Source: Candidatus Dojkabacteria bacterium
GTDB taxonomy: Bacteria > Patescibacteriota > Dojkabacteria > J137
Length of the DNA: 64,000 bases
Reading direction: 5' to 3'
Assembly: GCA_040006935.1 (NCBI GenBank)
Contig: JBDTVZ010000002.1
Span: 208,174-272,173 of the forward strand
The notes under the pieces are model-generated. The model saw only the letters and a list, made by a program, of their open reading frames with translations. It ran no database searches and was not told the DNA's origin. Shown here piece by piece: positions 49,631-58,826 of the stretch. Each line of letters starts with the position of its first letter. The stretch's first letter is position 1. The position numbers were made by a program, and so were the translations under genes.

Positions 49631-51733
49631 TTACAATCTTATAATTGGAACTGACATAACTAATGCCAAATTACCTGCATCATCTCGTGCTTGTACTTGA
49701 ATTGTATGTGTTCCTTTCCAATCTCCAACAACCAAAGCTTTAGTAGGGGTAAATGCTTCCCATGCTGTCCATGCTGTGCCATCAATAGAATACCTTAGCA
49801 TAATATTTCCAGACCCTGGCATTGGTCCAGGTAAAGGTGCATCACTTCCACCGTTATAAAGCAAAACATTGGTATCATATATTGTACCTGCAGTAGAAAC
49901 ACTTGTACCAGGATAAACTGTATCCAAAGCTATACTGTCGCAGTAAATTTCCGAGATTGTTCCTACGCTATTTTTTGCTTGAATACATACATACCTCATT
50001 CCGTTAACTGAGCCATTTAAAGTGAAATAAGTTGGTGTAGGGATGTTAAGCCAAGGAGTAGTTGCAATTGCAGATGCCGACTCAGCGTACCTATATTGAG
50101 TTAATACAGTTCCAGGGCCAGTAGAAATAGCTGTGCTTAATGATAAAGCTGTACTATTTGTATATGCTGCATTATTATTTATGGTAACTCTAGCAATCAC
50201 TGATCCTTTAAATGTAATACTATCAGTTGCAAAATGATCTCCTGCTTGGGATACATATTCGTTGCCAGCTTTATCCTTTACTTTTAAATAGACAGAAAGT
50301 AATTGTCCTTCTATTATTTGATCTCCATCAAAAGATATAGCCCAAATATTTAGTCCTTCTGCCATATTTTGCCATGGGGAATAAGTAATACCACCATCTA
50401 AAGAATAACTGAATGTTCCTACTCCACTTTCACTATCAGTTGCAGTAAACATAATATAGTTTGCTGGATTATTGGTAATTGCAGGATTGCTTAAATCGCC
50501 GCTAATAGAACTTAGTAAAACTGACGTAATAAGAGGAGTTGTTATATCCTTAGGTGGTTCTACATAATAAGTTATTGAATCCTGTGCAGGAAGAGTCCTG
50601 GCTTCTGCAGATTGTGCTTCGTTTCCTGCATTATCTTTGACCTTTAAATATGCGGTTAGAGTTTGATTTTGAGCAACTGTTCCAAAATCTACTGGTACGC
50701 TATTTAAACCATTAATCATGTTGGACCAACTAGTAAAGTTAGTTCCATCTAAAGAATAACTATACATTCCTATTCCACTCTCACTATCTGTAGCGGAGAA
50801 CATTAGATAATTTTGTGCTTTATCAGTTTTTTCTGGATTACTTAAATCTCCGCTTACTGGACTTAAAAGAATCGTTGTAATAGTTGGAGCTGTTGTATCC
50901 TTTGGTGGTTCTACGTAATAAATAATAGAATCTTGAACAATTGAAGCTTGATTTCCAGCTAAATCCTTAACTTTAAGATAAGCTATTAGCACTTGGTTTT
51001 GATTTACAGTTCCGAAATCTACTGGTATTGAATTTAAAGTTGTACTCATTTTTGACCATGGTGAGTAATTAGTTCCATCTAAAGAATAACTATACATTCC
51101 TATTCCACTTTCACTATCTTTAGCGGAGAACATTAAGAAGTTTTTTACTGTATTAGTTTTTTCTGGATTACTTAAATCTCCACTTACTTGGCTTAATAAA
51201 ACATTGTAAACAACTGGGGTTGTTTTATCGATTGGTGGCTGAGGTGGAACTTGAGGCGGAGTAACTATACCTGTAATAACTACTGTTGCTTGTGCGGTTA
51301 CAATCTTTCCTCTTTGATCCCCTACTTGTATATATTTTGTGTAAGTCCCTGGTCCTGGGAATGTAACTGTTTCCTCAATTTTATTTGATCTTAATGGCCA
51401 GAAATCCCATTCACCAGCAATGTTTCTTTTCCTAAGTTCTTTAGCTGGGACTTGTTCTAATTGTGGAAGTAAATGCCATTGACCAAAGACATCTGCAAAT
51501 CTTTCACCAATATCTTCTTTTGGAATGCTTGGAAGTGAATATCTTACTTTTACTGTTAAGCTACTTGTAGTAGTTACAACAGTATTATTAACTAAGAATT
51601 CAACTTTTGGGCTATAGACAGGATAAGAGGGCTGACAGCTTGGCGGTGAGAATGAATGTGCTGAGAGTTTCTGAGGTAATAAGATGAGAATAAACGCTAA
51701 GGTGAGTATAGATAGAATAGTTTTTAACCTCAT
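49631..51733 (-). CDS. Secreted surface protein with tandem ~110-aa Ig-like repeats
   Basis: Signal peptide; three copies of DxTxP...SGDLSNP...FSAxDSESG...YSLDG...YLKVKDxAGN...DSI; further Ig-like units at C-terminus. Confidence 0.8.
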   Translation of the reverse strand: MRLKTILSILTLAFILILLPQKLSAHSFSPPSCQPSYPVYSPKVEFLVNNTVVTTTSSLTVKVRYSLPSIPKEDIGERFADVFGQWHLLPQLEQVPAKELRKRNIAGEWDFWPLRSNKIEETVTFPGPGTYTKYIQVGDQRGKIVTAQATVVITGIVTPPQVPPQPPIDKTTPVVYNVLLSQVSGDLSNPEKTNTVKNFLMFSAKDSESGIGMYSYSLDGTNYSPWSKMSTTLNSIPVDFGTVNQNQVLIAYLKVKDLAGNQASIVQDSIIYYVEPPKDTTAPTITTILLSPVSGDLSNPEKTDKAQNYLMFSATDSESGIGMYSYSLDGTNFTSWSNMINGLNSVPVDFGTVAQNQTLTAYLKVKDNAGNEAQSAEARTLPAQDSITYYVEPPKDITTPLITSVLLSSISGDLSNPAITNNPANYIMFTATDSESGVGTFSYSLDGGITYSPWQNMAEGLNIWAISFDGDQIIEGQLLSVYLKVKDKAGNEYVSQAGDHFATDSITFKGSVIARVTINNNAAYTNSTALSLSTAISTGPGTVLTQYRYAESASAIATTPWLNIPTPTYFTLNGSVNGMRYVCIQAKNSVGTISEIYCDSIALDTVYPGTSVSTAGTIYDTNVLLYNGGSDAPLPGPMPGSGNIMLRYSIDGTAWTAWEAFTPTKALVVGDWKGTHTIQVQARDDAGNLALVMSVPIIRL

Positions 51734-51824
51734 GTCTTATATAATAATAAGTATTATTAGAAGGGCTATAGAGTCAGTATAATCCGGTCTATATCGGGAT
51801 TATAGCAGTTTTTTATAACGAAGA

Positions 51825-52184
51825 TTATTTTTTAATACTAGAGGTCTTTTGTAGGTTTTTATTCTCTTCTATAAGAAGTTCGATTGCTTTGTATGTTAGC
51901 TCGTTAAATTTTTGCTGTCTCATACTCTGTTTTTCGATTACATTAATAGTGGTATTAATAAGTTTTCGCTGAACTATTGATTTTATCTTTCCGAGAAAAC
52001 CTCCTCTATCTTTTGCCTGCATATAATATATAGACTCTAAAGTATCCTTAGATCCTTTTAGTCCAGGTAAAATAAATTCCTCTAACATTTCGGATGCAGT
52101 TTTATCTGTTCGGTCTAAATCAATGCCTTCTTCTAGTAATAATTCTCTAGTTTTTTTTAATATTTGTTCTTCTGTTAGTGCCAT
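51825..52184 (-). CDS. Hypothetical coiled-coil protein
   Basis: 119-aa ORF co-oriented with neighbours. Confidence 0.65.
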   Translation of the reverse strand: MALTEEQILKKTRELLLEEGIDLDRTDKTASEMLEEFILPGLKGSKDTLESIYYMQAKDRGGFLGKIKSIVQRKLINTTINVIEKQSMRQQKFNELTYKAIELLIEENKNLQKTSSIKK

Positions 52185-52200
52185 TTACTTTAAATAATAA

Positions 52201-53322
52201 TTATAAATTAACAGTTGATAAGTCTCTAAAACTTACTTCTTTTGCCACATCTATCAAAAAGAAATCTTCGAATTGATTATTTTCAGTATTTAACCAATCT
52301 CCGTTTGACAAACTCAATGCGACATTGTTAGTTTTATAGCATTTGGTTTTAGAAAAATCTATAGTCAAATCCCCAATAGATTTCGAAGCAATATTCACCA
52401 GTGGAGTATTGTCGATATTAAAAGTATCTACGAATAATTTGTCTTCTTCGTTTTTTTGCACTCCCAAAACAACTTTTTCTGTAACTCCACAAAGTGGATA
52501 GAAATTCTTTGCATTTGTGATTTCGATTGCATTTGAATTTCCAAAAGTATGTCTGTAAACTTTCCCATCCATGGATGATAGGATTATATTGTTTGAATCT
52601 TTTGTATAAACAATATTAGATATTACTAGTGCTTTATTATCTGTTGAGTTAAGTACTTTATTCAAATTGTATGCCAAAGTTCCATCTGTGTTAAAGAAAG
52701 CAAAGCTGGATTCATCGTTATTGGAATTTAATTTAACAACCATGGATTTTGCATCAGCAGCGATTGCGAAAAGCGTTCCCTCTGTTTTATTTAGTTTAGT
52801 AATTTCTCCTGAGACATAAATATATTGATGAATCCAATGCTCTGGTGCTGTTCCTTGTGTAAATAAAATTATATTTGAATCTTTCCAAATGTAACTATCA
52901 ATTCCTGTATTTGTTTGATTAAAAGTTGTAGCCTTTTTCCATAATCGATCTTTTAAATTAAAAATATATAAATCGAAAATATTCTCCCCCGATTTCCCAA
53001 GTACTGATAGCAATTTCCCATCTGGAGACCATTTTATGTCTTTCCAATTTGTTTTATCTAGATTGATTGGGATAATTTCATTCTGACTATTTTTAAGCTG
53101 AATTGTATCTTCTGAAGTTATTAAAGCTATATCAAAATTATCAATATTTCCGTCGTTTATTGAAATTATATTTCCATCTGTAGAACTACTTACTGGTTTT
53201 GAAACTGGCGGATTAGTAGTATGAATAACTGGTGTAGATGCTAAAAGAAATATTGTTGTAATTACTCCTGCAGCAACAATTATAAATACTAAAGATAGGA
53301 AAATTAGATTTTTAGCTTTCAT
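52201..53322 (-). CDS. Membrane-anchored TolB-like beta-propeller protein
   Basis: N-terminal TM; IKWSPDGKLLSV, DLYIFNL blades. Confidence 0.7.
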   Translation of the reverse strand: MKAKNLIFLSLVFIIVAAGVITTIFLLASTPVIHTTNPPVSKPVSSSTDGNIISINDGNIDNFDIALITSEDTIQLKNSQNEIIPINLDKTNWKDIKWSPDGKLLSVLGKSGENIFDLYIFNLKDRLWKKATTFNQTNTGIDSYIWKDSNIILFTQGTAPEHWIHQYIYVSGEITKLNKTEGTLFAIAADAKSMVVKLNSNNDESSFAFFNTDGTLAYNLNKVLNSTDNKALVISNIVYTKDSNNIILSSMDGKVYRHTFGNSNAIEITNAKNFYPLCGVTEKVVLGVQKNEEDKLFVDTFNIDNTPLVNIASKSIGDLTIDFSKTKCYKTNNVALSLSNGDWLNTENNQFEDFFLIDVAKEVSFRDLSTVNL

Positions 53323-53966
53323 TGGTTTGGGAACGAAACATATAAAATATCGGATATAACATCTTCAACATTAATTATAGAATCAACATAATCTGTTTTT
53401 ACAAATAGGCCAGCTGTAAAAATATTCTGGCTATTACACAGGAATCCAATTCTTGGATTGTAACTTTGATACGTAATTAGAAGAGTTTTTGTTACCTTAA
53501 AATCTTCATTTAAACTATTACAGACATCATAGACTGTGTTGGCTAAGTTCGCAACTTTGTAACGGGATTCGGGAAGTGTTTTAAAGTATTTATTAATTTT
53601 TGTAATATCAAAGTTCACTTGATTTGAATCGTTTATTATAAAAATATAAATATCTTTAACTTTTCGTGAGTTATATAAATCTAAACTTTTTTGTAAAGCA
53701 TCATTCCAAAAGCCGCTTGCGTTAGATAAATCACTTATTTTTAATACAATTGTAACGTTGAACAGTTCCTCCGGGATATGTGTATCATCTTTTATAATTC
53801 TTGCATTATATGATGCTACCACTGAATATATTCCCAGTGCACCGACTAGAAATATAGCAAGAAGTATAGGAATTATAAACTTTAAAAAATTCTTGATATT
53901 TATATACTTGCTTAATTGTATTTGAAATTTATTTTTGATTCTTGCGAATCGCATGTTACTCTCCAT
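53319..53966 (-). CDS. Degenerate SanA/YdcF (DUF218)-like membrane protein
   Basis: TM then LDLYNSRKVKDIYI...VYDVC...FKVTKTLLITYQSYNPRIGFLC resembles SanA layout. Confidence 0.5.
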   Translation of the reverse strand: MESNMRFARIKNKFQIQLSKYINIKNFLKFIIPILLAIFLVGALGIYSVVASYNARIIKDDTHIPEELFNVTIVLKISDLSNASGFWNDALQKSLDLYNSRKVKDIYIFIINDSNQVNFDITKINKYFKTLPESRYKVANLANTVYDVCNSLNEDFKVTKTLLITYQSYNPRIGFLCNSQNIFTAGLFVKTDYVDSIINVEDVISDILYVSFPNQ

Positions 53967-54117
53967 TTAGTTATTATACGGTTAATAAAAAAATGAAGAA
54001 ATGGGAAAAGTTATCATTCTTTTTGGTAATTGATGTTATTTTGGCCAATCTATGGAGAAATGTAAACCTCCTCGCTTACACTGCTACAAAAGTAGATGAG
54101 ATGGTAAAGTAATGATA

Positions 54118-54828
54118 TTAATTCTTCCTATAAACTACATAGTAATTCAAATCTTCGCTTTTGCCATCAGCGTAATAAGAATCAATTCTTGTGATTAGTA
54201 AATTTTCTTCTAACTTTAAAGCTTCAGTTTCGTTTACAAAATGACAAAATCTTTTTGCTCCATTTTGCCCAAAAGGCAATTCGTAATCGTTTTCTCGAGC
54301 TATTTTTTTTGCTTTGAATTTTAATTTTGAATCTTTTAAAAATTGCCAATAAGCTACTACCAGAATTCCACCTTTTTCTAATAATTTTGCCGCAGATTCT
54401 AGTAAATTTCTTCTAAGCTGAAAACTTTCGATATGATGAATTAAGCCAAAGCTGACAATTAAGTTGAAAGATCCATCAATATTTTTAGACCAATCCATAG
54501 TATTTAAATCTATTGTCTCAAAATTGATTTGAGATTTTTGCTCACCATGTCTGACGGTAGTCAGGTCGCTCTTCGATACTAGTTCTTTGAATTCAGCTCT
54601 TGCTATATTCAACAAAATCTTTGAATTATCTACTCCGACATATCTTTCGATTTTGACATCCTGATCTAATAAATACTTTAGGAAACGTCCATTCCCACAA
54701 CCCAAATCCAGAACTGCAAGCTCACTTTTAACTATTAACTCTTCACTTTTAATTAATTTCTTCCATCCTTTCCAAGGAGATTGCCTAGTTTTTGAGAATT
54801 CTTTTGCGTGTGTTGAGTATAAATCCAT
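54118..54828 (-). CDS. Class I SAM methyltransferase, Trm9/ALKBH8-like
   Basis: FSKTRQSPW, VLDLGCGNGR, LIHHI...RR, GG.LVVAYW, RFCHFV; start moved to ATG 54828. Confidence 0.75.
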   Translation of the reverse strand: MDLYSTHAKEFSKTRQSPWKGWKKLIKSEELIVKSELAVLDLGCGNGRFLKYLLDQDVKIERYVGVDNSKILLNIARAEFKELVSKSDLTTVRHGEQKSQINFETIDLNTMDWSKNIDGSFNLIVSFGLIHHIESFQLRRNLLESAAKLLEKGGILVVAYWQFLKDSKLKFKAKKIARENDYELPFGQNGAKRFCHFVNETEALKLEENLLITRIDSYYADGKSEDLNYYVVYRKN

Positions 54829-54834
54829 AAAATA

Positions 54835-54897
54835 ATTATAGCATTCAGTCATGAGCACAGACTCTATAGCTAGAAATTAATAACTATCTGCTATAAT
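54835..54897. promoter_or_regulatory. Divergent extended -10 promoters (TGCTATAAT on each strand)
   Basis: attatagca at 54835-54843 (minus) and tgctataat at 54889-54897 (plus). Confidence 0.65.
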
Positions 54898-54929
54898 CAG
54901 TTGTTTGATATCTAATGTCTGTAATCTAA

Positions 54930-56726
54930 ATGAACTACAACTTTGAACCCGAAAAATATAAAAAGGAACTAAAAGGCATTTTATTCGATGCTTTAAATTT
55001 AGAGAAATTTAATAAGAAGAAGTTTGAGAAAATTGTAAGAAATTACCCAAAGGACGGAAATAAAGTATTCAGTAAGGATCAGATAATTAGAGGAATTGAG
55101 TACTTAGTGCAATCGGATTTTGTACCCGAATATCAGGTTGTAAAATGTGAGGAATTAATTTCGAAGATTAGAATGAAACCTACTAGGTCAATTTCCGGAG
55201 TTACTACTGTAACTGTTTTAACCAAACCTTTTGCTTGCCCCGGACAATGTATTTTTTGCCCAAACGATGTGCGAATGCCTAAGAGTTATATTGCCACAGA
55301 ACCTGGTGCACAACGAGCTTTGTTTAATCGATTTAGCCCTTACCTTCAAGTGTATGGAAGATTACAGGCTTATAAAAATAATGGCCATCCTATTGAGAAA
55401 ATTGAACTTTTAATCTTAGGTGGAACCTGGTCGTATTACACAGAAAAATATAAGCTTTGGTTTATTCATGAATGTTTTAGAGCGATGAATGATTTCTCAT
55501 TGCTCTCTGCACCTAGTGCGGAAGAAGATGTGACACTAGATCACACCATTAAAGAGGAATTAAATAACGATATTAATGATACTTTGAGGCAAAAGATTGG
55601 CAATAAACCATACAATCAGTTAATCGTCTCCAAAGAGTATAAAGAGTTATTTGCAAAAAATATTGTAGATGAAACCGAAGTATCTTGGGAGGATTTGTTT
55701 AAACAGCAGGAGATCAACTCTCATGGAATTGTAAGGTGCGTTGGATTGGTTTTGGAAACAAGATCTGATGTTATAAACGAGAAAGAAACCCTGATGATGC
55801 GACAGTTAGGAGCAACTAAGATTCAAGTTGGAATTCAAACTTTGGATGATAAGATTAGCAAAATGAATAAAAGAGGTGAGAATAAAGATCAGGTTGCGAA
55901 GGCTTTTGAATTTTTAAGAGCTGCTGGCTTTAAGATTCATGCTCACATGATGCCAAACCTTTATGGTGCAACTCCAGAAATTGACTTGAAAGTTTATAAA
56001 GAACTTTTCGATTCTTTAGATTTTAAACCAGATGAACTTAAAATCTATCCGACATCGATTATTAAACACACAGAGCTATCTGATAGGTGGCAGGAAGGTA
56101 AATTTATACCTTACACTACTGAAGAATTAATTAAACTTCTAGCAGATATGATGGAACAAACTCCAGAATACTGCAGAATAACTAGAGTTATTAGAGACAT
56201 ACCTTCTACAGAAATTGAAAGTGGAAACTTAACAACAAACTTAAGAGAAGTTGTGGAGCATATTTTGAAAAAAGACGGACGCGCAAATCCAAATATAAGA
56301 GCAAGGGAAATAAAAGGTAAACAAGTAAGTTTTGCAGATCTTAAGCTAGATATTATTGAATATGAAACAAAAAATACTACAGAATATTTTCTGCAATATA
56401 TAACAGAACAAAGGCAAATCGCCGGATTTTTAAGATTAAGCATTCCTAAAGAAAATAAAGAGAATGGAATTACTCCAGAATTGAACAATGCCGCAATAAT
56501 AAGAGAAATTCATGTTTACGGACCAAGTTTGAATTTAGGGAAAGATTCTTCCGGTCAAGCACAGCATTTAGGATTAGGAACAAAGCTAATAGAGAGAGCA
56601 AAGCAAATGGCAAAGGAGAAAGGTTTTAAAAAGCTAGCAGTGATTTCGAGTATTGGAACGAGGGAATATTATGAGAAAAGAGGATTCGAGCTAGGTGAGT
56701 TTTATCAGATGGCGGAGATAGACTAA
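54930..56726 (+). CDS. elp3: Elp3 tRNA U34 carboxymethylation enzyme (radical SAM + KAT)
   Basis: KPTRSISGV..V.V.TKP..CPGQCIFCP, PKSY, GGTW, HMMPNL, PDELKIYP, RVIRDIP, IRARE, REIHVYG, QHLGLG, ISSIGTREYY. Confidence 0.95.
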   Translation: MNYNFEPEKYKKELKGILFDALNLEKFNKKKFEKIVRNYPKDGNKVFSKDQIIRGIEYLVQSDFVPEYQVVKCEELISKIRMKPTRSISGVTTVTVLTKPFACPGQCIFCPNDVRMPKSYIATEPGAQRALFNRFSPYLQVYGRLQAYKNNGHPIEKIELLILGGTWSYYTEKYKLWFIHECFRAMNDFSLLSAPSAEEDVTLDHTIKEELNNDINDTLRQKIGNKPYNQLIVSKEYKELFAKNIVDETEVSWEDLFKQQEINSHGIVRCVGLVLETRSDVINEKETLMMRQLGATKIQVGIQTLDDKISKMNKRGENKDQVAKAFEFLRAAGFKIHAHMMPNLYGATPEIDLKVYKELFDSLDFKPDELKIYPTSIIKHTELSDRWQEGKFIPYTTEELIKLLADMMEQTPEYCRITRVIRDIPSTEIESGNLTTNLREVVEHILKKDGRANPNIRAREIKGKQVSFADLKLDIIEYETKNTTEYFLQYITEQRQIAGFLRLSIPKENKENGITPELNNAAIIREIHVYGPSLNLGKDSSGQAQHLGLGTKLIERAKQMAKEKGFKKLAVISSIGTREYYEKRGFELGEFYQMAEID

Positions 56727-56741
56727 ATCTGATTGTTAACC

Positions 56742-57941
56742 CTACTTCATAAATCCTATAAATTTTAGATCATCTCTAGTTGAAATATTAGTTTCCTCTA
56801 TTGTTTTTTGTTCTACGTCCTCTAAGTATAACTTTCCTTTATTTGCAAAAGCCAATGTATTTCTATTTGTTGCTATTGTTAATTGATCTACCATATCTTT
56901 GCTAACAACTTCCTCCTCATTGACTATAGAGTTATTATCATCGACTTGATAACAAAAGATACCGTCTACATATTCAATTGAATCCTGATTACTCAACCCT
57001 CTAACTGCACACACTTTGCCTCCTATCCATGCAAGATTATATATTATGCTGAACTTGCCTTTGGAAGTTCCTCCCATTGTAATATTAGTATGGTTTGCAT
57101 CGATACAAAAATTACTACATGAAGATGTAGCTATTATTATAGTTTCAGGAGCCGAATAAGCTATTCCGTCTGTATAAGTAGACTCATCATATGTGGATAT
57201 TGCAACTCTATTTTGAGATTTATCTTTGGCAAGTATAAAGTATTTATATGGTATACCTACAGGAAATGAATCATATTGTATCAACATACTTTCTAGAACA
57301 TTACTAATCAACTTATCTTGCGAAAGGAAAGAGTAAAAAAACCTTTGCTCTTTGCCATCGGGTTTTGTCCACATAGAGTAAGCGAGGATATTATCTCCTA
57401 GCGCAAGTAATGGTGGATCATTACTAATTGTGTCCATATCTAAATCTATACCCACTTTAACTGGCTCTGAACCATTCACAATGTTAGCCTTAAATATATT
57501 CTTATTATGCTGATTGTAAACAAGAGCATTTTCATCATCTACTAAGTCGAAACTTAACACATCAGACTTTGAATACATTGTTGAAGTATCTGTATCCAAG
57601 TTATAAATTGATAATTGTCCAATAGATTTAGCAGATGAGAATCCAAATGAGTTCGTAGCATTAGAGCTGCTAGTCTCAATATATGCTAGTGTCTTTAATG
57701 AAGGCGAGATGACTAATTTATCGAAATGCTTTTCTGGTTCTGATATATTAATGGTTTTTAACCTATTTCCCGATAAATCAAAAATCTCTATTTTATCCGA
57801 ATATCCTAAAGCTATCTTATCAGCCAATGGTTCTTCTGAACTTTTCAGGATAAGTATAGATGCAATGGGAAGAAGGATTATTACTGCAAGTAATACTGCA
57901 AAATAGATTTTACTTTTCGTTTTATATCTTCTCAATCTCAT
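56742..57941 (-). CDS. Membrane-anchored beta-propeller-like hypothetical protein
   Basis: N-terminal TM; VISPSLKTLAYI, LSIYNLD blades. Confidence 0.65.
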   Translation of the reverse strand: MRLRRYKTKSKIYFAVLLAVIILLPIASILILKSSEEPLADKIALGYSDKIEIFDLSGNRLKTINISEPEKHFDKLVISPSLKTLAYIETSSSNATNSFGFSSAKSIGQLSIYNLDTDTSTMYSKSDVLSFDLVDDENALVYNQHNKNIFKANIVNGSEPVKVGIDLDMDTISNDPPLLALGDNILAYSMWTKPDGKEQRFFYSFLSQDKLISNVLESMLIQYDSFPVGIPYKYFILAKDKSQNRVAISTYDESTYTDGIAYSAPETIIIATSSCSNFCIDANHTNITMGGTSKGKFSIIYNLAWIGGKVCAVRGLSNQDSIEYVDGIFCYQVDDNNSIVNEEEVVSKDMVDQLTIATNRNTLAFANKGKLYLEDVEQKTIEETNISTRDDLKFIGFMK

Positions 57942-58221
57942 TAATTACTTCTTATATATACTCCTTATATGTATCAGCTGGTAGACATTTTAGCATTATT
58001 ATCTGCTCCTGGGATAATAGATTAGATCTTCTCTCACAAGTTATCAAGATGAAAAGATGTTGCCACGATATAAGTTTCTAATCATAATTACTATAGGACA
58101 GTATGTTAAAAATTTTTATTGTAGAAGGATTCTGTGCGGATTTGAGTTCGGAGAGTTTCTATAAGATTATAGAGATTGGTCAGACTCATCTTCAAACAAA
58201 TAATACATTGACTAATTCAAC

Positions 58222-58821
58222 TTAATTAAAGTGAAATGAATTTAAAATAATATTAAAATCAGCTTCGTATTGAGAGTTATCGTAATGTCCATCTGTTGGA
58301 TACGCATCAAACAAGGTAAACATTATTTTCACTGCATTCTGTCCATCACTAAACCAATATGTATCGTACTTTATATGCTCACTTGAGTATTTGTAAAAGA
58401 TCCCATTGTTATTATTTATTGTAATACTTTCCCATGGATTACCTCCATCATATACAGATGCCCATGCTTTCAGATCAGCACCTTTCCCTTCAAAATATAA
58501 AACTGTCACTATTTCATTTTTTGAAAACCCACCATATACTTTAGGTCGTAATCCCATATCTTCTCTCTTTGGTACAAATTCCCAACTATCTGGATATTTA
58601 TAACTGAATCTCCCACTCGGATGTGTATAGTTTATTGTATTACTAATCGGATAGGATATTACATTATTGGTCTGTACGGGATACGACACATTGCTTTGAT
58701 TATTAACTACATCCAAAAGATTATTTTTACCTAATTGATATAATAGAAATAGTGCACCGCTGGCTGTAATTAAAATCACCAAAGGTATTATCATGATGAG
58801 AAGTAGGAATTTTTTGTTCAT
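58222..58821 (-). CDS. Membrane-anchored PsbP-like protein
   Basis: YTHPSGRFSYKYPDSW start and FNIILNSFHF end typical of PsbP-related CPR proteins. Confidence 0.65.
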   Translation of the reverse strand: MNKKFLLLIMIIPLVILITASGALFLLYQLGKNNLLDVVNNQSNVSYPVQTNNVISYPISNTINYTHPSGRFSYKYPDSWEFVPKREDMGLRPKVYGGFSKNEIVTVLYFEGKGADLKAWASVYDGGNPWESITINNNNGIFYKYSSEHIKYDTYWFSDGQNAVKIMFTLFDAYPTDGHYDNSQYEADFNIILNSFHFN

Positions 58822-58826
58822 TATTA

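Noticed and set aside
50370-51230. Diversity-generating retroelement template/variable repeat pair
   Set aside because: Repeats are in-frame domain duplications within one gene, and no reverse transcriptase is present in the window.
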